Origin: Octopus vulgaris
Taxonomy: Eukaryota
Direction of reading: 5' to 3'
Length of the DNA: 64,000 nucleotides
Assembly (NCBI GenBank): GCA_951406725.2
Contig: OX597823.1
Location: 99,448,001-99,512,000 of the forward strand
Position numbers and translations under genes: made by a program. Under the pieces are notes generated by a model, which did no database searches, was not told where the DNA came from, and saw only the letters and a program-made list of their open reading frames with translations. The first letter of the stretch is position 1; each line of letters begins with the position of its first letter. Of the stretch, positions 1-12,526 are shown piece after piece.

Positions 1-260
1 AAAGATATATACATGTGTAGAATAATTATTGTATTAAAAATATAAATATATATAAAAAATATATGTAAATATGTATAAATATAAATATATAATAATAGAG
101 ACAATACTTTTGCGAAACGATCGTAAAGTGCTTTAAAAACTTAATTTTAAACTGTCATATTTATTATTATTATATATTTATACTTATACATATTTACATA
201 TATTTTTATATATATTTATATTTTTTACTACAATAATTATTCTACACATATATATATCTT
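1..260. repeat. AT-rich fold-back (inverted repeat), may continue beyond the window start
   Basis: Bases 1-~97 (aaagatatatacatgtgtagaataattattgta...) are the near reverse complement of ~163-260 (...tacaataattattctacacatatatatatcttt), with a loop of about 65 bp. Confidence 0.8.
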
Positions 261-499
261 TCTGAAGAATTGTTCTGATATTAATTTCCTGATATTATTT
301 CACAATATATTATAGATAATAGCTTGTATTAAATATATAAATACTTTAATAGTATTAATACTTTGATACAAAAGAGCACTAACTGTAAATTCAGTATAGA
401 ATATTCTTATAGAATATATTTAACTAAAGATTTATATATATATGTATATGTGTGATATGCTATGATATATGCGTGTAAATATAGAATTGAAATAGCTGA

Positions 500-1900
500 A
501 AAAGTTATGTTTTAAAATAGTTGGGTCCATAAGCTTCCCTGTTCCAATCTGATGCAGATATTTCATCTCTTCTGGAGAGAGAGCACCTTATTTGGCATTA
601 CCTCTGTTCATTTAGTTGTTGGAAACAGGAACCAAATAATTTGGAAACGTTTCCTCAGCTACATTGACATTCAGTGCAAGAGAGAATTCTCTTGATTTAT
701 TTAATGACATGCAACTGCAATTAAGAACTGAATTGCATAAAATCTTCAGAATTTAGAAGACATTTTATATTTTATGAATGCATATGTAAATATTAGCGGA
801 TAGATATCAATTAAAATGAAGTTCAGAGAAAATCAGAAGAGATGAGGCTACTGATCAACACATGTTATTCTGGTAACACTTTGCTTCGAAAAAATGTAGA
901 AAGTTACTTTTAATGACCAGGAAATATATATTAAGAAGAAGTTTTCCAATTGATATAGAATGATAAGAAAGTAAAACATACCTCAAGAATAATATATAAT
1001 TTGATATATACTGTATTTGATTGACTATAAGATGCACCTTTTTTTTTTACCCCAAAATGGCTTAAATATCCTCCCTGCGTCCAATCACTCAATGTAGGCT
1101 CAAAACTCACTCAAAACAGTATGTATGTTTACAAAATGTGTGCTGCCATCTATTGGTGAACAATCGCCTACAGTATGTTTATATCAAATGTGGATGCAAT
1201 AAATTGCTTATAATTACTGGTAATAACATAAAGTTATACAGGGAAGTGGAGGAATTAAAACATTATTTTAGTGGTAATTTATTTTACAAAAGTATAGCCT
1301 AGGCCAGGGTGCACCCTATGCATTTGTGCATCTTATAGGTCATCAATTATGGTAACAATAAAGGATTTTTGTTGTTGATTGGAGATGGTGCCTGACTGTG
1401 AAGTAGAATATTTCTTTTGCCCTACAGATATTGGTTTAGTCTTTCCCAAATAAAAACTCATTAGTTTGAATGAAAAAGTGTTTTTGTCATTTCATAAAAT
1501 AAGGCAGAAATATAAAATTTTTTTTTTTCTAATGTTGTTACTCTGTGAAATTCATTGAATAGTTCAATGGAAGCATTCTTTTGGGAATCATAAACACAGA
1601 GATGGTGTCGAGGACAAGAGTCATGTTTCATAGATGAAGAAAATGAACAAGGAGTAGATTTCTCAAAGGGGTATTTTAAATTGTTTTGCTTATTTTTTGG
1701 CTTTATCATCTGGATAAACTGATTTAGAAAAGAGATGGTATTATATCAGAATTTTGAGAAAGTATTTTATATAAAAGAATTTTAGGCATTTTTGGTTCAT
1801 GGTAGAATGATTCTGCAACATTTTCAAGACTAATATGGGTCCAAGCTTAACAATCTAGAGTACCTCAGTAGTTTATTTCTGTCGAAATTTAACCTCACCT
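500..1900 (+). mobile_element. Possible highly decayed hAT transposase remnant, interrupted by a MITE
   Basis: Short translated fragments NNLETFPQL (~636-662) and ILGIFGSW*NDSATFSRL (~1780-1830) resemble the hAT C-terminal F(P)xL and LFGSTYxCExTFS motifs. Many stop codons. Confidence 0.35.
1011..1352. mobile_element. pogo/Tc2-type MITE (Tc1/mariner superfamily)
   Basis: Imperfect TIRs CTGTATTTGATTGACTATAAGATGCAC and GTGCATCTTATAGGTCATCAATTATGG, each flanked by TA. No coding capacity. Confidence 0.75.
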
Positions 1901-3678
1901 TTAAAACATGTTAACTTATATTTAAGCGAATTAAGTGAAATTAAATCCCAGCTACTTCCTTCCAAAACTTCAACAGTTTCGCTGCCAGATCATACTGACC
2001 TACTTTCAGCTACCAGATCATACTGACCTACTTTTAAAGGCTTTCTTTCATTCTCTTCAAGCCTTACCTCTGTTGTTGATTAGGAGTCATGGACTTCATA
2101 ATTCAAAGAATTAACGTTGTTATTTCATATCCAGTAAGTACTGACTTGCTGGCAATGCTTTTACCATTCTTTTATCACAGAAGATATTTTGATTTTGTGA
2201 CTCTTTATTCTAAACTATCTGGCAGAAGAATGACTTGCAGTTTAAGATATTAGACTACTGATGACAAGGCTGTATGTTTAAATCTTTGCTTGAGAGCCAT
2301 TGTTTTGTACATATGAACCAGGCCTCTAACTCTACTTATATTAGTTTGTCTAAATAGATAAAGAACAGAGTAATTCTACAGATGTAAGTATAAAACAAAA
2401 AAAAAATGGTGTGAAACAGCAAAAAAAAAAAAAAGATCTAATATATCTATATTGAAAATCTATTGCATCATGTAAGTTCTGTATTCACTGTAAGACCCTA
2501 CTATCTTTGGATTTGTTGCAGAGCATAAAGGGTGCTGAAAATAATAAATAGAATCACATGGACCTTCATATTTGCAAATTCTTGTTTAGAGTTTTATAAA
2601 CATTATCTTTTTCGGGTAACATCACAGAAGGTCTATCTCTCCAAAGTGGTATCATGTAATATCCCCCCTTTGTTGTATAGAAGAATGTCATTTCAATGGA
2701 GTTTGAATATTAAAGTAAATGAAATGACTGAACTGAAATTGCAATTAGTCATGCAGGTTGTAATGATGTTTTCAGTTTAATTATCCTTGTATATGATTTA
2801 AGTTTGTGACTGTCTTAGTGATGGGCGATATTGGATCTGCTGTTTATATGGTGCTTTGTTATTCATTCTAAAGCTCTCCAACATGGCACTTCTGGTCTCA
2901 ATTCAATATCAAGACAAAATACTGTTTAATATTTTTACTTCAGATTTTAGAAAGTTAGATCTCATAGATAACACTGGATCTGAATGAATGAAATACTCCT
3001 GTAACACCTGTCCAATTCATCTGTAAAAACAATTAAGGTTCTAAGCTGTAATGTTTAAAAACTATAAATGTAGATTATTTAAAACTTAATTTTGTATATT
3101 AATTTTGTTTTTTTCCCTCTCCAGTTAATAATATCAATTTACTTCCACAATTAAATGATTATAAATTTGGACAACCTCTTTCTGAAGAATAAAAATAACC
3201 CATTATGAATGCTACAGTCAAATGGCAGAAATCAGTAAAACTATGTTCTCAAAAATGGTTAAAAATAACTTTTTATGGTTCAAAATAGATTTCTTTCTAT
3301 TTTGAGCCATTAAAATAGCTTCAAGCTAATGTTTTGTTTGTATTTTTGATAACTAAATTCATTTCTATATTTTGAGTATTTAGCACCAATATATCCTTTG
3401 AAAACATTTGGTTAATCTGAAAAGAAGCAAGTCTCTCAGCTTCCAGTTGATTTAGTGTTGGTTGGGTCAGGATTACCGCTATGATGTTTTTTGCCAGTCT
3501 ACAGATTATCAAATTAGAGATAGCTTCATTGTAATTAATATTGAATTAACGGGTTGATTAACAGCTACATAGATCATTTGCTTTTAATGAGTGAATTCTA
3601 AAAGAGTCCTAGTCATTAAGCTACAAACCATGAAATCTCCAAATCAAACCAGATGAAAAAATGTGTGAAACAAATGTA

Positions 3679-5023
3679 CAGGGTAGGGCAGAGAGGACGG
3701 ACATTTTTGAAATGGCTATTATTCAGCCCCAGTGGAAGGGACATATGTCTGACAGGTACCGTTTGGTCCGTGGTGTCTTAGCATTTTTTTTTCCTTTTCA
3801 AGTGAAGCCATGACACTGTAGACGATTGAGCATCGTGTATTTTCCTACAGCACTTACATGAAGAATTGAAGAATAATGAGTCTGTCACAGCAGTTCAGTG
3901 TGAGTTTTGGCACCAATTCAACATTCACCAAAATCAGGCTGTTCCCACTCGTAACATGATTTTACATTGTGTGAATGCACTTCATACATGAGGTACTCTA
4001 ATGAATAGGACACTAGTGGGGGCACCATGAATGGTACAGACCCCAGAAAATGTGGAATGTATCAGACAAGCTTTGATACGGAGTCTGAATTGCTTTGCTC
4101 AGAGGCATTTCACTGAGCTTGGCATTGGTAATTGATCAGTAAGGCGTATTTTGCATGAAGACCTGCATTTCCACCCATACAAATTGGTCAGTGGGCAACA
4201 GTTGAAACCATGGGACTATGCACAGCAGTTTAACTCTGTACATCAGATGGAAGCAATTTTTGAGGCAAATGACAACCTCGGTTTGTTAATGAGTGATGAA
4301 GCATATTTTCATCTCAATGGCAAGGAGAATCAACAGAACTGTTGTTATTGGGTTCTTGAAAATCCGAGAGAACTGCACGAAAGACCACTGTACAGCCCAA
4401 AAGTGATGGTCTGGTGTGCTGTTGGAAAAGCTGCCATCACTGGTCCATACTTTTTTAAGACAATAATGGAAATGCTGTTACTGTGAACCCCAAGTGTTAG
4501 ATCGTGATGATAAACAGCTTCATTGTGCCTGAATTATGAAAATGCCTGCCTACTTGACATGTGTGGTTTCAGCAGAATTGGGCAATGGCCCACACAATCA
4601 GAGCCTCAATGGACGTTCTTTGTCCTCTCGTTGGTGACTGTCACATTTCCAGGTTTGCTGACATTCCTTGGACCCTTTGGTCTCCAGATTTGTCCATTTG
4701 TGATTATTTCTTATGGAGAAACCACAAGGCATGTGTGTATGTACATAAGCCCCATACATTGGACGATCTGAAGCAAGCTATTTTCGTGAAAGTCACCCAA
4801 ATTGATAGAGCAACGTTGGAGACAGTGGAGGCCAATTTCCAAGAACGCTTTCAGAAATGCATTAATGAAAAGAGACACCACATGATGGATGTAGTTTTGC
4901 CCACTTGATTTTGACAAATGCTAATTCAATACAAATGCATTGATGTCAATAAAATTTGTTTGCAGCTAAAATTAATGATTTTGTGAATTTTTCAAAAAAG
5001 TCCATCCTCTCTGTGCCACTTTA
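3679..5023 (+). mobile_element. Full-length but decayed Tc1/mariner element, DD41D (rosa/VS-type) transposase pseudogene
   Basis: TIRs CAGGGTAGGGCAGAGAGGACGGACATTTTTGAAA and TTTCAAAAAAGTCCATCCTCTCTGTGCCACTTTA with TA flanks. ORF pieces carry LHFHPYK, SDEAYFHL, WFQQN(D)..AH and WSPDLSICDYFLW. There are 41 residues between the second and third catalytic positions. Frameshifts and stops present. Confidence 0.9.
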
Positions 5024-5519
5024 TATTTACTATTTCAAATTATGAGCTCTTTTAGTCCCATTCTTTGTTCTTTGTTTCTCTCTTGCTCTTTTCTGTCATT
5101 TTTTAAATTCCAGAATCCTGTTTGCTCCCAGAATCCTCAACTTCACACATGTTCTGTTTTCTACCGTCTCCTTTTTTCACTTTTCCCTGTTTGAAATCTT
5201 GGTCTCCAACAGATTTCCAGTCTGCATTACTTAGATGTATACTTGTCGCATTGATCTATTTTCCTTCAGTTGAAAGTCCCAAACACTGTTCAGGATCCTT
5301 GATATTTCTCTTTGATGTTCACTTCAATCAAAAGGTTCTCACCATGTGTTTTAGTATCCTTGATACCTGTCCAGTTTATGCAATATTATTTTCAAGTTGC
5401 CATAAATCATTCAGTTGTGGTCTTTAAATTTAATCTTCTGCAAGAGCGACGCCTAATTTTCATCTTTCCTTCAAGATCACTGAGTTTTCATCATCATTGC
5501 TATTTATAACTTCTGACTC

Positions 5520-6479
5520 AGAACTCAAGTGTATTTTTTCAAGGTTTCCTGCTGGTGATGGGCCAGGAACGTCTGGTCCATGGACAACAAGCCACAAAGC
5601 AGACGGTAAAAATAAGCAATGTTTTGCCCACTCTTCAAATTGTGTCCCTGCAACTTACATGAACAAAAACAGCAGTCATCACTGATTTTTAGGCTCAGGT
5701 CCAGGGATATCACTGGACTCCTAAAGGGAAAAAAATTTCTTTTTATATTTTTTCCATTGTTTTAGTCCTTCAACAAAAATTGAGCAGACCTTATGAAGTG
5801 CCCACTTCTTATCTTGGTCTCCTAATACACACCAATGTAGGCATAGTAAGATATTTTGACAAATTTGGTAATGTTCCTCTGATATTTCTTAGTCATAAAC
5901 TCCCTACAAATGTAGCAAAAATTATCCAGTCTTGCTGCACATCTTCTAGAAGACATCTTTGCTTCAGATGAGGTGGAGGTCTGTAGGAAAAAGAGAAGAG
6001 GACATTTTTTAACAGCATATATTTGATTTGCCATCTAAATGTATATGTAATGTCATTAAAGGTGCACTAAAATGTAACATATGATACAATAAAACGAAGT
6101 ATGTAATGTATTTACATTGAAAAAAGGCAGTGGGGAAATAACTGAAATATAAAATAGGTTACGTTTCAACCTAAGCACCATAGCCTTGTAAAGTGTGTCG
6201 TTCTCTCCTCACTGTTTGTAGACGACTGAAACTACAGGGATGCAGGCACTTCTCTGTCTAGCTGAAGGGGTCTAAACATTGCCAGATGATTATTTTTCAA
6301 AATTACCGGCAATTAATAGTGATAATAAAATACAGTCATCAAGCTCGGGCATAATGAGTGATTTTGTGAAGAAACTGTACATGACAGGATTATTTCTTTG
6401 TAATTTTTGAAATCAGCAGATAAAAATTGATCAATTTTACCCAATAAATGGGAAACAATTTTTTGGTTGCAGACCAGTA
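5520..6479 (-). mobile_element. Chapaev3-like (CMC) DNA transposon, 5' part only
   Basis: Minus-strand fragments MSSRRC..FCYICREF..YYAY, QDKKWALHKVC..GLKQW, DDCCFC and LPSAL..VHGPDVP match the Cys/His-rich N-terminus that I associate with Chapaev3 transposases. The terminus reads TACTGGTCTGCAACC (CACTG-like). Family assignment is from recall. Confidence 0.6.
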
Positions 6480-6584
6480 TATACTCACTCTATTTACTGA
6501 TATGCAAAGACCTGGTTTTTTTCTGATTTATGGAAACTTAATTGACAACTGTTTCTATCTCTTTTTACACTCTTCCTCCATCTC

Positions 6585-6687
6585 TCTCTCTCTCTTTCTC
6601 ACTCTCCACACACACACACACACACACGCATGCATTCACACACACACGCATGCATTCACACATGCACACACACTTACACACACACAC

Positions 6688-6730
<43 letters not shown>

Positions 6731-6738
6731 ACACACAT
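6585..6738. repeat. (CT)n(CA)n microsatellite
   Basis: Directly visible; it explains the spurious HTHT ORFs. Confidence 0.95.
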
Positions 6739-7646
6739 TATGTAATTTACCTGTCCTTGTGATTTTCTCATTTCGACCTCTCTGAACAGAACCATGATTT
6801 TCTCTTTTTTGTAGCTTAGAGAGAAGGAAACCAAAGAACAGCACATTTAATGAAAAATGCTGGATTCTTAAATAGAATTGACTCAGTTTTAATGTCTTTA
6901 TTCTTATAACTCCAAGAGTGTAATATCTATTTTGAAAATCTTTTGGTGTTGAGTGGTTGAAGTGGTAAAATGGTTGAGGAACAATTAGAGATTGTGGAAG
7001 TTGAACCTTTGTAGACATTAATAATATGTGGAAAATCAGACGATGTTTGTAGATGGAAAGTCAAACCTATCTTATTTCCCTATGCAGAAATAGGGATGTC
7101 CTTTTAGATAAGATAGAATTCACGCCCATAATAAGCCAAAGTAGAAGCAAACAAGTTGGAATAAAAATGGCAATGACAATCCTTGTAATTGAGTAATTTT
7201 ATGTTTTTTTAAACTCATGTTTTATTTCAATAATGGCAACATATCAGTTATTGCATGCAAGTGACAAACATCATAATTTTATCCTTATTTACTAAAGATA
7301 TCTTGTCATATGTACCCTAACTAGATATAGATTTTTCACTTGTTAATGTAAAGAAACCCTAAAACTAATTTAAATTGCTGCTAAATTTGATTTATTGACT
7401 TGAGGGAAACTCCTTGGCATTTGCATTCTAATAGTAAACAAAACTGTGAATTAATTACTTGAAAGTAATTTAATTAGGAAGAAAGATCAAATGCTTCAGG
7501 CTTTTTGCCTTACAACAAAAACTAGTAAAACCAAAATAGAACCCCATTTCACTGAAGTTACGGTTAATTCTAAAAGCAAGGACTTTCTAAAAGTAGCTTC
7601 AATCTGCATCACACAAATGTTTTAAAAAAGGAGAGACATTTTAAAT

Positions 7647-8095
7647 GGCTGAGTTCCTTTTGAATGTTGGGCTTCATGGAAGCAAAGTGGCCGAATTCCT
7701 TTTGAACATTAGTCCTCATGGAGACAAAGTAGCCGAATTCCTTTCGAGCATTGGGCCTCATGGAATCAATAACTGAGACCTTTGACTTTATGTTGTGCTT
7801 GGGAAGAAAACTCATCAAGCCAAGCAAAATCGCAGTCATGGCAGATACTGGTATCATGCAAATTGGCACCTGTGCTGGTGGCATGTAAATGCAGCCCGGT
7901 TTCACACAAATGACTCCCGATGCTAGTGACATGTAAAAGCACCCATTACACTCTCAGAGTGGTTGGCATTAGAAAGGGCATCCCATGCCAAAGCAGACTG
8001 GAGTCTGGTGCAGCCTTCCAGCATGCTAGCCCAGTCAAACTGTCCAGCCCATGCCAGCATGGACAACAGACATCAAATGATGATGCTGTTGATGA
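7647..8095 (+). mobile_element. RTE LINE 3' fragment with a 42-bp triplication at its 5' end and a (TGA)n tail
   Basis: Similar to the ORF end and 3' UTR of the RTE at 20683-23866: cattacactctcagagtggttggcattagaaagggcatcc, ccatgccagcatgga, then tgatgatg. Confidence 0.75.
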
Positions 8096-8174
8096 GTACT
8101 AGATGTATTAGATCTGAGGATTCTTTGGATAATGGATGGTGCCTTATGTTTCTTTATCTGACTCTATAATTCCA

Positions 8175-8450
8175 TACTTACCTCCTCCATAGCCCTACAC
8201 ATTTATCATAATCTGAAGTTCTTCAGTTCTGTTTTTGCCAACATTAATATGCAGAAATTTCACTAACTTTTGCTGGTTAGCATCCCTACCACTCTCATGC
8301 ATATCACACCATCACAGACCTCAGTCATTATGCTCAAGACCCTATCTATCACCATCACCAAGCACTCGGACTCTGCCATACCACTTCTTCTCAGTTTTCT
8401 TTTCTGTCAAGTCTTTCAGCATTTACTTGCATACAACAATAGTGACACTA
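8175..8450 (-). mobile_element. Possible decayed LINE endonuclease fragment
   Basis: Minus-strand DRVL..IMTEVCDGVICMRVVG and a downstream NVG...GYGGG stretch weakly resemble an RTE APE domain. Confidence 0.3.
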
Positions 8451-9779
8451 CTTTCTTGTCTCTCCCTCCCCCAAATGAAGGCCAAGGCCCTGCAACTTTA
8501 GATTCTCACTTTGTTGTGACGTCAATAACTTCATTTCCTGAGTCTCCCTCATTGTTTACTTTATCCCATATTAGTTTCTCTCAAATTGCAAAGAGAGAAA
8601 AATCAGTAACATTGATCTCTTCCACAAATTCCTCTGGACTAATTGACACCAGCAGAGACCTTTAACAGCTTACCTGGATTCCAGAGATATTATTCTGTCC
8701 TTGATTGTAGGTCAGCTTGATCAAGGTTGGCCTGTGACTAAACACCAACAGCCAATAATAAAGAAGCTAACTTCACTGTGGCAGTCATGCCAATATATTC
8801 ATTTCTTGAACTTCCTCAGGTTGTTTAGTCTGTTCAATATTAGTTACAGTCAAATTGTTAAGGGAGAAAAATAAGTAAAAAGCTAGTTCTACATTGAATT
8901 TCTCTGGTTTTCAAATGTATAAAGTAAGCATTGCTATATATCTAACTTCAGTAATGTTGTATGATAACCTATTTGAAGGAGTTGGAAAAGGAACAATGAA
9001 ATGATAAATTGTTTCGTGTGGGTCTACAATTTACCTGTGGAATTAGTTATTAGCACTTGGATTCATTTACTATTTACCTTCAGAACAGACGTGATTGAGC
9101 AGATTTGTAATCAAAGGTAGTCCAGTGGTGACCATTCTTTCATTTTGTATATAGAAAAACAGACAAAATGTAGAAGTCAAGTGTCTACTGCTTGAAGGAG
9201 GCTGTGTGTGATTTGAGGGAGATTTGGTTGCTATTTCTTGCAGGTTAAAAATACTCTATATGAACACATACCAAACCAACATGCAACAAGAACATGGCTA
9301 CTCTGGAAGAATTCTGTCCAGACAAAGAAGAAGAAGGTGAAAGAGAAAATGTCACGATATAATTAAAGATAGAAAGGAAAGTCTGTGGAATCTGGTAGGT
9401 GTCTCAATCTATGGAAAGAAATTGAAAAACTTTGGAAGAAGAAGGGCCTCAGAATTTCAGTTACAGTTACTAGAGTTATTTAAATCACTGCACAGTCATG
9501 GACTAATACACTGGTTGCAAGTTCATTGATCATGTCTTTTTATCTTTTTGTCTGGGAAAGAATTCAGGACAGACTTGCCAAGTTGGTACATTTCTGTGAC
9601 CATTTTGCACAAAGTACAACATTCACACCTACTTTTTGAAAAGCTAGCATTAACTTTATGGACAAAAAGGTTAAGCCTTCAGAAGGTTGCAGAGTGACAG
9701 AGTTATTTTGCAAACCCATGTTTGCAATGATGATGATGATGATGATGATGCCATCCCATATTTATCTTCATATTTGATC

Positions 9780-10200
9780 CTCCACATTATTCAATTAAGC
9801 AAAAACCAAAGTTCCAAATTTCTAGAATAAAATGGATTTGTACTGACAAAGGGAATTATTGGAAACATGCAAATGATTTTGTGCATCATTACGTTAAATG
9901 TGATCATAATAAATCAAGATAGAAAAAAATCACCAAAGATGCTGCTAAAATTAATTCTGAATGTCAAACTTTAATGCCTAATTATAGCAGTCAAAGTAAA
10001 ATTTATAATCAAATTTCTTCAGTGATTAACTGACACTAAAATTTTGCTGGCATTTAAAAAATATTGCATTACATTTATCAACATATTTCACAAAAATATC
10101 CTTACCTCAGAGAAATATTTTCTCATTCACCTATTGTAGCCTATAGATGTAAGAAAACAGAAATACTAACCAATACCTGTTATTGTAACCAAAACTATTC
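9780..10200 (+). mobile_element. Penelope-like element remnant (RT C-terminus and linker)
   Basis: QISRIKWICTDKGNYWKHA resembles the PLE SQ.LR.RRICS motif. YLREIFSHSPIVAYRCKK resembles the PLE L..IF..PP.VAYRR.KNL motif that precedes GIY-YIG. Confidence 0.7.
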
Positions 10201-10866
10201 TGGAGTTTCTGAATGCTGTACCCTTAGAAACAGCTGCAAGAGAGGTACGCCTGGTTCATTGTGCAACAGCTTGAGTTGGGGTTTGGTAAACTCAATCACA
10301 AATTCTAGCAGAGTTGTTATGATTTATTCAAAAGTGAAATATTTCCTATTTGTCCTCAAAACTCACGAAAAATAAATGTATTTTGAGTTTCATGCTTTGG
10401 AAGGATGAATAAAATGGCAGGAGGATTCCATCAGATTTATGTACAAAACATCTTGAGTAATTCCTCTCTTTCCTCTTTTCCTTCTTTTCCCCATCTTTTT
10501 TCTTGTTTTAACCAGTTATGAAAAAGCAGGATTTGATGACATCTTTTTTGTTTTGGAAGAAACACAGAATAGTCGGGTTTAAAATTTGAATTTCTGAATT
10601 TTTGCATATTTTTCATTTTTCACAATTCTTGTCTGATTTTGAACCTGAAGTAGACTTTAGTAAACAAAGTCAATCTATGATTTATAATTGTGTAATAATA
10701 ATTGTAATCCTTTACACAGGCTTTACACAGGTTTGTAATCCTTTACAAACCAGTAATTTTTAGTGAAGAACATCTCTTCTGAAAGAGGTATCAGAGAATC
10801 AAAACTGCAAGTCTGTCCACCAAGAATGTCCAGTTTCACAAGATTAATATCATTTATGATATTTAT

Positions 10867-11002
10867 GGGTTCAGGCACGGCTGTATGGTAAGAAGCTTGC
10901 TTCCCAACCACATGGTTCCAGGTTCTGTCCCAATGTGTGGCACCTCGGGCTGACCAAAGCCTTGTGAGTGGATTTGGTTGATGGAAACTGAAAGAAGCCC
11001 AT

Positions 11003-11043
<41 letters not shown>

Positions 11044-11232
11044 TACCACAGCTTGACAGCTGGTGTTAGTGTCTTTATGTCCATGTAACTTAGTGGGTTG
11101 GCAAAAAGTGACCGATACAATAAGTACCAGGCTTCAAAAATAAAAAGTATCTGGGTGAACACATTCAACTAAAATTTCTTCAAGGTGTTGCCCCAGCATG
11201 GCCACATGTCTGAAACGAGTAAAAGATAAAAA
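10867..11232 (+). mobile_element. tRNA-derived cephalopod SINE, near full length (tail type A)
   Basis: A-box-like ggctgtatggtaag and B-box-like ggttctgtccc, then core aaagccttgtgagtggatttgg..gaaactgaaagaagcc, (TA)(TG)n, and tail gtaacttag..ccagcatggcc..gagtaaaagataaaa. Confidence 0.85.
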
Positions 11233-12084
11233 ATTAAAAAAAAACATAGTTTCAGGTGTATAATCTTCTGAATTGAAATTTCACTCCAGCTTTTGATTGT
11301 AGTGTCATACTCACGAGTATGCTTGACTGACAATACTCTCGAGTGTGGTGCATCGTTGCTTAACTGACAATAAACTCTTACTTCATTGCTGTAGCAGGGG
11401 CATTTGACTGTAGGAACAGTTGCTGTGATAATATGCAAATGCATCTAATTGTAATAGCAATCCCACCTGTAGTAGAATGGAGAAATGGTTGTAAAATAGT
11501 AAAAAATATGAGAGGTGATTTGAAGAGACTCAGCTTTATTCTTTTTCAAATATTTTTCATTCTCGTGTGCATAGCTTCATATTTCCAGTCAACAACAAAT
11601 GCAGTGAGTATAGAAGTGTTATTCTTGAGTGCATGGAATGATAACATATTTCAATATTTCAAACTTAATAACTTAGATAGTTTGGCAGCCGATTTATGAG
11701 ATGCTGCTGAAAGAAAAAGACTCTTTCCATTGGATGGTGTTTGGCTCACTTATAATCTAGTTGGAAGCAGCAGAACTGGATGTGTTTTCTGCTATGTTTC
11801 AAATGTATGATGCAGCAAACGATTTATTTATTTGTTAAAATGTTTTTTTTGTTTTTACCAGGATGCCTTTGGTCTCAGTCTTTAAATAGACTGGGCTAAG
11901 TTTGCAAAGCTGAGGATTCCAGGAAACAAGCTTCCTTCCCTACTCATCTACTTACTCACATACATACAGATGTGCATGTGTGTGTGTGTGCATGTTTATG
12001 CATCAAGCAAACCTGTCTTTGACTCAGTCTGCTCCTTGCTTTCTATCACCAGAAAGTAATGGAGTCATCTCTCAAGAGAATTTT

Positions 12085-12110
12085 GTGTATTGTCTGTGTG
12101 TATATGTGTG

Positions 12111-12156
<46 letters not shown>

Positions 12157-12340
12157 GTTGCTGTATATATTTGTTTGTGTGCATACATATGTATGTATAT
12201 TTGTGTCTGTGTGTATGTGCTAGGTTCTGTATGTGTGTATATGTCCATGTATTTATATATAAGTATGTGTGCCTGTACATGCATGTGGATGTATATATGT
12301 GGTTATATGGTGAGAGAGAAAGAGAGCGTGTGTGTGTTGG
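12085..12340. repeat. (GT)n/(TA)n degenerate microsatellite
   Basis: Directly visible. Confidence 0.9.
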
Positions 12341-12444
12341 GGCTGGGTAGGGATGGGCATCATAACTATTTTTTATGACTATTTTTTTCATGGACAGATC
12401 TTCTCCATCACTTGTTGCTGTCTTTTGTCCCCCCACCCTTTATG

Positions 12445-12526
12445 AGACTCAATTCCTTGAGATTAGCTTTCACCATTTCTTCCCATCTTTTCCTTAGTCT
12501 TCCTCTTCTGCAACTTCCTTCTAATC
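12445..12526 (-). mobile_element. RTE LINE C-terminal fragment
   Basis: LEGSCRRGRLRKRWEEMVKANLKELSL matches VEGTHGRGRPRKTWDEVVKHDLRTLGL of the young RTE in this window. Confidence 0.7.

Noticed and set aside
2940-3192. Plus-strand acceptor-like sites followed by short frames (e.g. NNINLLPQLNDYKFGQPLSEE*)
   Set aside because: No recognisable protein similarity and no consistent exon chain.
6448-6762. HTHT, CVCV, IYIY and poly-S/H/I ORFs here and at 12065, 15054, 30595, 42134, 57793 and 62160
   Set aside because: They are translations of microsatellites.
6751-6815. Possible minus-strand exon ending CAG/GTAAAT
   Set aside because: The splice signals are plausible, but the peptide is unrecognisable and cannot be supported without RNA data.
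10867-10945. tRNA gene
   Set aside because: The A/B boxes belong to SINE heads and there is no complete cloverleaf.
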